NCBI GenBank assembly: GCA_965247365.1 | Contig: CBDFHB010000002.1 | Span: forward strand, 804,745-868,744 | Source of the DNA: Candidatus Marinacidobacterales bacterium | Lineage (GTDB): Bacteria > Acidobacteriota > Vicinamibacteria > Marinacidobacterales > SMYC01 | Length of the DNA stretch: 64,000 bases | Reading direction: 5' to 3' | Shown: piece by piece, positions 36,481 through 45,100 of the stretch | Layout of the letters: every line of letters begins with the position of its first letter | How positions within the stretch are numbered: position 1 is the stretch's first letter | Notes under the pieces: model-generated | The model's input: only the letters and a program-made list of their open reading frames with translations | What the model was told of the DNA's origin: nothing | Databases searched by the model: none | Translations under genes and position numbers: made by a program

Positions 36481-39412
36481 GGTCGGGAGAGGAAGCCACG
36501 CCTGGCCGTCCGGGCGCCTCGTGGGTAACCTCGACGGTATCGATGTGAAAACGGTTACCCACGCCACCAAAGATTCGAAAATCAGCGCCGCCGTTCTGGC
36601 GGTTGCCGAACCAAGCGTCGCCCAAATGAAACGTGTGGCTCTTCCACAGACCGGTGTCGGCGGGGACGACAGTGCCGCCGTTCTTGTAACGAGCGCCGTC
36701 GGACGCATCGTATTGGATGGTGAGGGAGCCGGTTCCGGAATCGAAATAGTCGATCGTTACCGCGGTGGAGGGATGCCCGCCTTCGAAGTGGAAAGCGTCG
36801 TTCACATCGAAATAGAAGAAAAAGTCGGAGCCGGGGTCGGTGTTTTCCTTGGCTTCCCGCCCTCCGATGCTGCGGGGCGAGCTTGTGCCATCGGCAGGCT
36901 CGACGAGGAACAGACCTTCTTCGAAGTCGGAAGGTCCGAGGTCGATGCGCGCGATCCCGCCCCCACTGGGTCCGTCACTGACGAGGTGAAGAAGCCAGTC
37001 GTCGGTGTTTGGAGCGCGAAACGACCACCGTGAGCCACCGGAAACACTACCGATCCGCGTCCTCTCTCCCGTACGAGGATTGAACCAGTCGGCGACGAAG
37101 TGACCCGACGCGGCGGAGAGATCGAGCCGAACGTCTCCTCCTGTCGGAAGCTGGACGACATACTCCTGTCCCTGCCACGCGGCGGCGATGCCGCGGTCGA
37201 CGAGCCCTTGGGCCGGCTCCAATCGATGGAACGAGGTTCCGTCGAAAAATTCATAGAGAATGGCAAGGTACTCGGCTCCCGGGGTGTCGGTGGCCTCGAG
37301 GACGAAGTCGCCGACACGGTGATAGGTCGAATACCACGGTGTGTGGTTGCCGTAGACAGCGTAACCGCCAGCGAGGGTGAGGGCGTAGTGATCCCGTCGC
37401 ACGAGGTGAGGCGCCTGGTTCGCCGGGAACACGCGTGGGTCCCCCTCGTAACCGTATTCGAGGTTGATGACCGGTTTATCGAAGATGCGTGAGTTCGCTA
37501 CCAGAGCCCTCAGCTCTTCGGGTGTACCCTTGCGCTGGTGACTGATGAACGAGTGCTCGGGATCGGCGCCGAATGCATCCGTCGTCACCACGGTATGGAG
37601 CGACGTCGGATGCCCGTAGGGATCGGCCTCGGCGACAGTGCTCATGTAGTCCCGCCAGCGCGAGCGCGGCTCTCCCGCCTCTTCGAACTCGCCGACGATG
37701 ATCCAAAAAACGTTCTTCGATGCGTAACGGGACACGAGGTAGCGAATGTAGCGCGCGTATTGCTCCTGAGTCTCGTACTCCTGGTAGCCTTCGTTGCCCC
37801 ATGAGAAGAAGAGTCCCGCCGCCATCCCACGCGCGTTCATATAGTCGATCTTGTGGTCGATGAGGTGAAAGTAGTCCGGGTTCAACCAATCGGTGTCGAA
37901 CATCTCCCGGCCGTGATCCTGCACGCGGTAGATCGGTCCGCTCTCGCTCCCTAGAAAATCGTGCACGACGCCGTGGGCATAGTTGAAGTGCTGCGCCGCA
38001 CGATCGTCGATCAGGCGTTGGAACGTACCGTCGAGAAATCGCAAGTTGTAATACATGTGCCAGATGGTGTCGCCGAGGAAGAAGAACGGCTCGCCCGTGC
38101 CCGCCCACTCGAAAGTGTACGGAAGCGTCGTTGCCACCCGAACGTAGCCTTTGCTCGTCGAAGCCTCGGCTACGAACGTTCCCGCCTTGCCGTCGAGAGA
38201 AGGATCGTTCGAGCTCACTCGCCAGCTCCAGAGTCCCGGCTCCGTTGGGAGAACGCGTACCTTGTAGAGTGCCCCGCCATCCCAAAGCCCGTCGATCCGG
38301 ATTGTGCGTGTCGGGCCTTCGAACGTCGCTGTCACGGAAACGTCGGTGTATGGGTTGTCTCGTGCGGTCGTCGCAAGAAAGACGAGCTCGTGCTCCGTGT
38401 AGGTCGGCACGATTGCGGCATCGCCCGTCAGCGTTTGGAATCGCTTGGGCACGCTCCACTCGCCCCACCCGAGCGCGTTTTTCAGACGAACGTGGGCGAA
38501 GTACGTCGTGTTATCTGATAGTGGATCGCTTCGAGCGTAGGCGTTCGCGCTGGGTACCAGTCCCGAGTCCCACACGATGGCTGCGTCGGGGTCTGGCGAG
38601 CCCGTGATCCGAGCTTCGTATTGCGTGTGATGCCCGCCGGCCCAATCGAGGATCGGTACGAGGGTACGCACGGTGGTTTTGGGATTGTTGATGAAGGGGG
38701 GTGCCGGAGGTGTCCCAAAATCGTAGATCTTCACGTTCGAGTACCGGGCGTCGAGGATGGCGTTGTTGCGGGTGTTGGTCCCGATACGGATGTCGTGGAC
38801 GGCTGGACGGTAGGTGCTGCGGTAGACGAACGGCCACCGATCGATGTCGCGGCCATCGATGAAAAAGCGGATCACGCCGTCTTTCCATTCGAGGCGCATG
38901 CGGTACGTTCTCGATTCGTCCCACGGGAACGGGCCGACGGACGAATAGTCTTCGAACTGGTTCACGCCGTCGGTGTTCATGATGAACTTGAGATAGTTGG
39001 CGAAGTACCCTTCCTCGTCGCGGCCGTTGCGTTGCAAGACGAACTTGAACGGGTTGAGGCGGATGTCCGGGGCATAGACGTGCCGGGGATCTCCGAACGA
39101 CGCGTCGTACATGCTGAGGATCTGGCCTCGGTGGTTCTGCTCCCGCGTGTCGTCGAAACGCAGGCCGGTAACGTCGAACTCGATCGCTCCCACCTCGATG
39201 GGTATTTCCGGCGTGTAGCGGATGTTGTCGGACGCGCCGGTGACCCTCCACCCACCGGAGATGAACTGGCCCGGGCCGTTGTCGCGGGCGCCGACGGTCG
39301 TACCGGTGGTCAGTGGATCGTCGACGACCAAGCGCCCCTGAGCGGCGGCGATTGTCGCCGCAAGCAGGCAGAAAGCGAAGACTGCCTGCGTTCGAGTCTG
39401 TCCCGGTCTCAT
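34520..39412 (-). CDS. 1630-aa secreted multidomain carbohydrate-active protein: LamG-like + FN3-like + DUF5060/DUF4038 (GH140-like) + 2x(FN3-like + CBM9-like)
   Basis: Signal peptide MRPGQTRTQAVFAFCLLAATIAAAQG. The DUF5060/DUF4038-type segment reads TEHELVFLATTARDNPYTDVSVTATFEGP...GEPFFFLGDTIWHMYY. Two C-terminal modules end in ...DFNFRDND...TVYTWSD...NFPSKIP(D/N)RW. Confidence 0.85.
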   Translation of the reverse strand: MRPGQTRTQAVFAFCLLAATIAAAQGRLVVDDPLTTGTTVGARDNGPGQFISGGWRVTGASDNIRYTPEIPIEVGAIEFDVTGLRFDDTREQNHRGQILSMYDASFGDPRHVYAPDIRLNPFKFVLQRNGRDEEGYFANYLKFIMNTDGVNQFEDYSSVGPFPWDESRTYRMRLEWKDGVIRFFIDGRDIDRWPFVYRSTYRPAVHDIRIGTNTRNNAILDARYSNVKIYDFGTPPAPPFINNPKTTVRTLVPILDWAGGHHTQYEARITGSPDPDAAIVWDSGLVPSANAYARSDPLSDNTTYFAHVRLKNALGWGEWSVPKRFQTLTGDAAIVPTYTEHELVFLATTARDNPYTDVSVTATFEGPTRTIRIDGLWDGGALYKVRVLPTEPGLWSWRVSSNDPSLDGKAGTFVAEASTSKGYVRVATTLPYTFEWAGTGEPFFFLGDTIWHMYYNLRFLDGTFQRLIDDRAAQHFNYAHGVVHDFLGSESGPIYRVQDHGREMFDTDWLNPDYFHLIDHKIDYMNARGMAAGLFFSWGNEGYQEYETQEQYARYIRYLVSRYASKNVFWIIVGEFEEAGEPRSRWRDYMSTVAEADPYGHPTSLHTVVTTDAFGADPEHSFISHQRKGTPEELRALVANSRIFDKPVINLEYGYEGDPRVFPANQAPHLVRRDHYALTLAGGYAVYGNHTPWYSTYHRVGDFVLEATDTPGAEYLAILYEFFDGTSFHRLEPAQGLVDRGIAAAWQGQEYVVQLPTGGDVRLDLSAASGHFVADWFNPRTGERTRIGSVSGGSRWSFRAPNTDDWLLHLVSDGPSGGGIARIDLGPSDFEEGLFLVEPADGTSSPRSIGGREAKENTDPGSDFFFYFDVNDAFHFEGGHPSTAVTIDYFDSGTGSLTIQYDASDGARYKNGGTVVPADTGLWKSHTFHLGDAWFGNRQNGGADFRIFGGVGNRFHIDTVEVTHEAPGRPGVASSPDPVNQATDTPLDVIPSWAPGSGATSHDVYFGTANPPAFRGRQAAATFVPGPLAPSTTYFWLVDEVNASGVTPGALWSFTTADGETTSTLEILPTAGLRIDGMPDDWDLSTFGRTVRAGELATGDVALVGYDGGTLHVSGHVTSMVLPESARDHTARVYAQHDAESLYFLARVDDDDLRATHGVGMNWANDCIEIYIDPSADGGPDRMQGSVSDIQLVIDVTNQANVYVAESSYRDRVLGGLVSAVTSDADGWWIEVKLLKSSLSPKIPLEGVIGLDFNFRDNDADNAPSQSTVYTWSDFERSANFPSKIPDRWARARLLELPAGGPPSAAENPMPIDGARDVGLEPRLAWEGGLGASSYRVHFGVNNPPSFVSTTLPASFDPGPLVSDTTYHWRVDAVNAAGTAVGPTWSFTTGVEVLTPALRIHRTASVVIDGSPSDWNLDEHTALARAGDVVEGDIALVGYDGGTLHWAGRATQVSLPASLADHTARVYARHDDTFLYFLVWLSDDDVQTPFDAAMNWANDSLEIYLDPSADGGTGRLESSASDVQLVIDARNQTNVYVTTPTYRAQVLAGVESAVSSHASGWWCELRIDMNVLDPDPAGSGSFGLDFNFRDNDGGNDRGRTTVYTWSDTEQSGNFPSKIPNRWGRGRFVTP

Positions 39413-39528
39413 CGGCTCTTCACTCCGTCAAAAAAAGTCGTCACACCGTAACGCCGGGACGTGCAGCCTCGCGGTGATGTGGAGTGCGGGGATTATCCCC
39501 AGGAAAAGCGTAGGGAAAAGCCTTCAAT

Positions 39529-40575
39529 TCAGGAGGACAACTCTGGGGGAGCGAGAAGTCGCGAGCGCCGCGCTTGCTGGAGGGAGCGCAGCAGCAGGAG
39601 ATCCGACGCGTCGTTCGGATCGGTGACGAAACCGGTCTCGGAGTGGACCGTCATGAACCCGTTCTGCTCCTGGATCAGCTCGAAGTGTCGCACATAGGCC
39701 TCGATCGTGGTCCGCGGGTAGAACTCTGGTTCATCGTCGACGATCGGTTCTGAAAACGTCGGCCAGCCGAAGCTGAGCTCGGGGAAATCGCGACGGGGAT
39801 AGTGGATGTTCGCCCAGCTTGCCGCGGGGTAAAGGTAGTTGCCGTAGCCGCTGTCGTCGGGAGCGCGGCCCGAGGAGCAGGACATCGTCACGTAGGGCCA
39901 GCGGTTTCGAACTTGCCTCAGCATCCGATTCACCCGGGGGGCACCCCAGCCTTTCCCATGAGCCTCGACTTCGTTTCCGAGCTCGAGGAGCAGATTCGAT
40001 AGATCCTGGAACGCATCCACGACCTCGAGGACGTAGAGCTCGGTCTCAGGGAAGCGACGGTAGAGAGGTCCGTTGCTTTCGAACTGCGTTACGAGGATGA
40101 CGTACTCCATGATAGCCCCGCTGGGAGCGAAGACGCGTTCGATTGTCTCGCGCACGGTACGAATGTGCTCGGCCGAGGGATGAAGCCCGCTGGCATCGAC
40201 GGCGCGGTGTTTCGGGACGCGGTCGAGAAGCGGGTCGGGAGGCCAGAAGGAAGTATCGGAGAAGACACGGAAGACTTTGATCCCCTGATTGAGCCCGCGC
40301 TCGACCCAGGCCATCCGCTCGTCCAGCGAGCGGCCCAGAAGACCAAAGCTCGTGTAGCCGTAGTAATCGAAGTTGAACCGTCCCTGGATGACGAGTGGGC
40401 GGAACCCGGGATGCTTTGTTTCGTATTCGGGGCTTCGAAGGAGCGTTTCCCTGAGGTCGGCTTCGCTCATGCCCGCGTTCATGCGTTCGTTGTAGAACGA
40501 CACTCCGCCGGCGTCGGGCTCGCGGGTGAGGATCTCCCGGTACGCGTCGGCGATGATCGGCGAGAAGTCGGGCAT
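39529..40575 (-). CDS. DUF4214 N-terminal module fused to a clan-A-like glycoside hydrolase barrel
   Basis: MPDFSPIIADAYREILTREPDAGGVSFYNERMNAGMSEADLRETLLRSPEY (DUF4214). Later LELGNEVEAHG (NE acid/base-like). No signal peptide. Confidence 0.7.
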   Translation of the reverse strand: MPDFSPIIADAYREILTREPDAGGVSFYNERMNAGMSEADLRETLLRSPEYETKHPGFRPLVIQGRFNFDYYGYTSFGLLGRSLDERMAWVERGLNQGIKVFRVFSDTSFWPPDPLLDRVPKHRAVDASGLHPSAEHIRTVRETIERVFAPSGAIMEYVILVTQFESNGPLYRRFPETELYVLEVVDAFQDLSNLLLELGNEVEAHGKGWGAPRVNRMLRQVRNRWPYVTMSCSSGRAPDDSGYGNYLYPAASWANIHYPRRDFPELSFGWPTFSEPIVDDEPEFYPRTTIEAYVRHFELIQEQNGFMTVHSETGFVTDPNDASDLLLLRSLQQARRSRLLAPPELSS

Positions 40576-40581
40576 GGGCGC

Positions 40582-41664
40582 TCAGGTGGCCACCGCGCGG
40601 GACAGAGACACGGTGTTCACCGCGGCCCTCAGCGTGTGGTACGCGGGCTTCGGCGAGAAACCCTCGTCCACGATCCCAAACCCGCCGTTTCCCTGTCCGG
40701 GACCGTCCCAGTAGTGAAAAAAGAAGAGTCGTTGGACCCAGAGCTCTTGCTGAAGCGTGCGCAGACAGTCGTCGTAGTACTGGCGCTGATTTCCGTCCGA
40801 CGTCCTACGTCCGGTCTCGGTGAGCCAGAAGGGTTTGTCGTCGACTCCATGATCGCGCATTTTCGTGCGCAGTGACGGTTGAAACAATCTGTCGGTGCGC
40901 AGCTCGACGATGGCGTCTCGTCCGGTTTGCGGATAGTTGTGATGGTTGACTATGTGGATGAGCGACTTCGCTGTCATCGCCTCGTCGAACCAATCGCGCC
41001 AGCCCCCGACGTTGGCGAGTCAGGGAGCGACGACCGAGGCGGCCGGGGCCAACTCACGGATGAGGCTCGCGCCCGGTTGCAGAATCGCCGATCGATACTG
41101 CTCCATCGAGCCATTCCAAAATTCCTCGATGTTGGGCTCGTTCCAAGGCTGCCAAGACGTGACGCGATCCCGATAACGCTCCACCGTCGCGCGCACGAAG
41201 TCGTTCCAATAGGTCACTGACGCCGGCGGATCCCCGAGGCGCGGGTTCGAAGGATTCGATGACGCCCACGCCGGCGTGTACGAGAGCGTCGCGAGGGTTT
41301 CGAGTCCCAGGCTCGTCGCGTGATCGATGATCCTGTCGGTGTCCTGCCAACGAAAGACACCTCGCTGCGGCTCGATGCGGTACCAGTCGAAGTCCACGCG
41401 GATCCATCGGACGCCGAGATTGAGAGCGACGGCGTTCAGGATCGCGTTCGTGGGGATGTGGACGTTCAGCCCCACGCGCGGCGCGAGCGGAACCAACGGG
41501 TTCCTTCGTGCGTACTCGTCGCTTTGCACAAGCCCCTCACGCATGTCGGCTTCGCTCATGCCTTGGTTCATGAGACCGTTGTAGTGCTCGAGCCCGCCGG
41601 AGTCGGGCTCCCGCCTCAGGATCTCGACATAGGCGTCACGAACGATCGGTCGAAAGCTGGGCAT
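40582..41664 (-). pseudogene. DUF4214 N-terminal module fused to a clan-A glycoside hydrolase, interrupted by a single in-frame TGA
   Basis: MPSFRPIVRDAYVEILRREPDSGGLEHYNGLMNQGMSEADMREGLVQSDEY. Acid/base WQPWNEPN. In-frame TGA at 41020-41022 (VVAP*LANVGGW). The same frame continues to the nucleophile FWLTETG and to the stop at 40582. Confidence 0.75.
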
Positions 41665-41681
41665 CTTCGGGTCGACTCCCG

Positions 41682-41930
41682 TCAGCGCTTTCGCGTCTTC
41701 GTCTTCTTTTTCGTCGTTTTCTTGCGTTTTCCGGATGATACTGCTGCCGCTCGCAACGTAGAGGGGTTATTGGTCGCGTACTCGTTGCTCCGGAGAAGCG
41801 ACTCGCGCATTTGCGCTTCGGTTAGTCCCGAGTTCATTGCCTGGTTATACGATTCGAGCCCGCCCGCATCGGGCGGTCTGCCGAGAATCCGGATGTAGGC
41901 TTGCGTGATCACGGGACTGAAATCGGCCAC
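41682..41930 (-). CDS. Stand-alone DUF4214 domain protein with a polybasic tail
   Basis: GAGGAGG lies 6 nt before GTG 41930. MADFSPVITQAYIRILGRPPDAGGLESYNQAMNSGLTEAQMRESLLRSNEY. Tail SSGKRKKTTKKKTKTRKR. Confidence 0.65.
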   Translation of the reverse strand: MADFSPVITQAYIRILGRPPDAGGLESYNQAMNSGLTEAQMRESLLRSNEYATNNPSTLRAAAVSSGKRKKTTKKKTKTRKR

Positions 41931-42158
41931 GACCGTCCTCCTCGTGAAGTTCTAGTGATGCTCACCGAGCGCACCAGGAAGGCAAGAACCATGAGCTCGT
42001 CCTCAATTTGGTTTGACCGGCGCGCTTGATCGGTCGAAGAGACTATACAAGATTCAGGTCCGTGTCGCGAGAACTTCTATAGGTTCATTCCGCGGCGCAC
42101 GTGTACCACGACGAGGAACCGTGCCCAGACCGCATCTAGCTGCTTGGCCGTCAGGGAA

Positions 42159-45100
42159 TCACGGCAACGGGACCGTCAACGCATAGATTCGCCCCGGGCT
42201 CGTTCCCACGTATAGCAACTGGTTAACGACGTCGAGAGACGCAGCTCCTACCGTTGCCACCACGCCTCCGAGCGGGAGGACCTTCACCGTCGGAGGATTC
42301 ATGGTGCGATCGAGCTCGTAGAGCTTGCCATCCCCCCCGCCCACGTAAAGGTACGGCGTCCCTCTGGAAAGCAACGGAACGGAAGGACCCGGCACGGGCT
42401 CGCCCCACTCGATGGACGCGCTTGCGCCCAAGTCCCGGAGCTCCCACACCATGGTGTCCGTACTCACGTAGAGACGGATTCCGTCGGGCCAAATGAACCC
42501 TTTCACCGTTCCGTCGCCTAGAGGCTGGTTCCAAAACTCGCCCCCGTTCTCCGGGTCGAGCGCGATCACGACCCCTCCCGTCGTCCCGACGTAGACGCGT
42601 CCCCGGTATAGAACCGGGCTCCCAGCGATGTCGGTGAGAGGTTTGGACCACTTGAGGTTCACGCTCGAAGCGTCGAACTCGAGGCACCAGAGCGTATTCG
42701 TACCGACCCCCTCGTAAGAGGCGAAGTAGACCCGCTGGTTGAGATAGTCGACCACCGCCTGCCCGTTGATGATCCCGATGCCGCCCCCGTCGTCGAAGGA
42801 CCAGGCGATCTCACCCGTGCTCGGATTAACGGCGAAGAACTCGTTGTCGATCGCAGGATTTCGGGTCCCCACCATCACGAGGTCGTGGGCGCCGCCGTAG
42901 GCGCTGAACATGCCGCTGGGCGAGGCTTGCACATCATCGACGGTTAGCGCCTTTCGCCAGAGAAGGCTCCCGGTCTCGGCGTCGACGGCGTAGACGTGGC
43001 CGTCCTGCGAGCCGGGGAAGATCACTTTGTTCGCGCCGGCCAACGCAAGCGGAACGATGCTGGGCCGTCCCTGGGCGGGCGCTTCCATTCGTTGGAACGG
43101 ACGCCATCCCGCGGGCCAGTCCCCGTCTGCTGAGCCCATCGAATGGAGCACGGTGTCGTTCGAGACCGCGTAGGCCAGGTCGGGGCCAACGCTCGCTGGG
43201 GTCAGGGTGGTGGCGCCGGTGGTGTAGATCCACTCGAGGGGGTTTGTCACGGCCAGCGTGTCCTCGGGCCGCCCGCTCGACGGAGTGGCGAGAGAGTATT
43301 TGTCGACCCCGTTGAAAACGAAAGCGCTGTAGAAATAGGTCGTGAAGTTGGTGCGGCCGGTATGGTCGAAACTGCCCGTCCCATTCGGGGTGAAGGCGGA
43401 GAGAGGCACGAGCTCGCTTCCGTCCGTTTCCGTCGCGGGTTGCGCCACGTCACTGTACCGGATGGTGAGCTGGTTTCCGGTGGGAGGGTTCACCCAGCGT
43501 AGCTTGTTCGTTGTATCCGTGGACGTGACGGTCAAGATAGGGACCTCGTTGGGTGCGTTGCTGCAGACGGCCGACGTCGTCACGGAAAGCTCCACCACGT
43601 TCGCGTCCTCGCTGCCGTTCTGACAGAGCCCCCCGCCTCCGAAGTTGGAGTCCTCGGCGCGCGCGACGTAGTAGTAGCTCTGGCTGGGCTCGAGCCCGAA
43701 AGGATCGACGTAGGAGCCACCCGACAAGCAGGGCGCGACGAGGTTGTCGGTTCCCGGAGAGAACCCCGGGCTCGTCGAGCGATAGACGTTGTAGAAGATG
43801 GGCGTTGAGCTCGGGCAAGTTCCGGTGGCGGGGTTCCATGTCAGCGTGACGTCGCACCCGCCGGGAGCCGTGGCCGAGCTGAGCCCACCGAACGAGGGAG
43901 CGCCGACACAGGAGAGCGCGACGTCGGTCGGCTCCGTCGTCTCGTTGTCCGCCACGTCCGGATCGATCTCGCCCGCCACCGCCGCCGCGTCGTTGATGAA
44001 GGAGCCCACCACCGTCGGCATGACCTCGATCCGTACTTTCTGATTGCCGCCGGGCGGGATGTCGACAACGGTGCATCTCACCGTCCCCGACACATCGGTG
44101 CAGGTCGGTGGAATCGAAGAGACGAAGGTCATTCCCACGGGAAGGGTGTCGGTGACGGTGACCGCATGGGCGTCGTTGGGTCCCTCGTTCGTGACGGTGA
44201 CGGTATAGATGAAGCTCTGGCCGGTCAAGACGGGATCGGATGAGTCGGTCTTGGTCACGCTCACGTCCGTGTGGGGCAGAGCCCAGAGCTCCTCGCCGCT
44301 CCCGTCGTCCGCGGTGAAGAAGAAGAGCGAGGCCCCGGGGGTGAACCGCGACGGCAGCGACGCGGGCGAGCCGGAAGCGATGTCCTGCACGAGGAGAGTC
44401 GTCGGCATGGACCCGGCGCTCTTCCAGAGCTCGACGCCGGAGGTGGAGTTCGTGGCGGCGAAGAGAATTTCCTGGCCCGCTCCCGCCAGAGGAGTCGAGA
44501 ACGGAAGCGCCGTGCCCGCCCCGGGGTTGACGTCCGTAACGCGTACGGTGCCGGGGGCGGTGCCGTCGCTCTGCCAGAGCTCCGCGCCGTTGACGCCGTC
44601 GTCGGCGCCGAAATAGAGAAGACCGTTCTGCGCTATGAGGCTGAAGGGACCACGGACGCCGGCAGAGCCGGGCATGATGTCGAGCACCATCACCGTACCG
44701 GGGCCGCTCCCGTCGCTCTTCCACAGCTCTCGACCGCTGACTCCGTCATCCGCCGTGAAGAAAAGCATTCCGCCTACGTCGACGAGGAAATTGTATTGCA
44801 GGAGACTCGTGAATCCGCCGCAGGACCCTGGACAGATTTCCTTCACCAGAACCGTGCCGGCATCCGTTCCGTCGCTCTTGAAGAGCTCGCGGCCGATGCC
44901 GCCGGGCCCGGTGGCAGCGAAAAACAGCGTCCCGCCGACGTTCGTGAGGTGGAACGGGGACGAGGAGGACGCACCCGGAATCAGGTCCTTCACCAGCAGG
45001 GTTCCCGGATCGGTCCCGTCGCTCTTCCAGAGCTCGCTGCCACTCGTGCCGTCGTTCGCACGGAAGAAGAGGGTGCCGTTCACGTTCGTGAGCCAAGTTG

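Noticed and set aside
41020-41022. In-frame TGA as a selenocysteine codon.
   Set aside because: No SECIS-like hairpin is evident immediately downstream, no selenoprotein precedent is known to me for this enzyme class, and the window has other plain nonsense and frameshift lesions.
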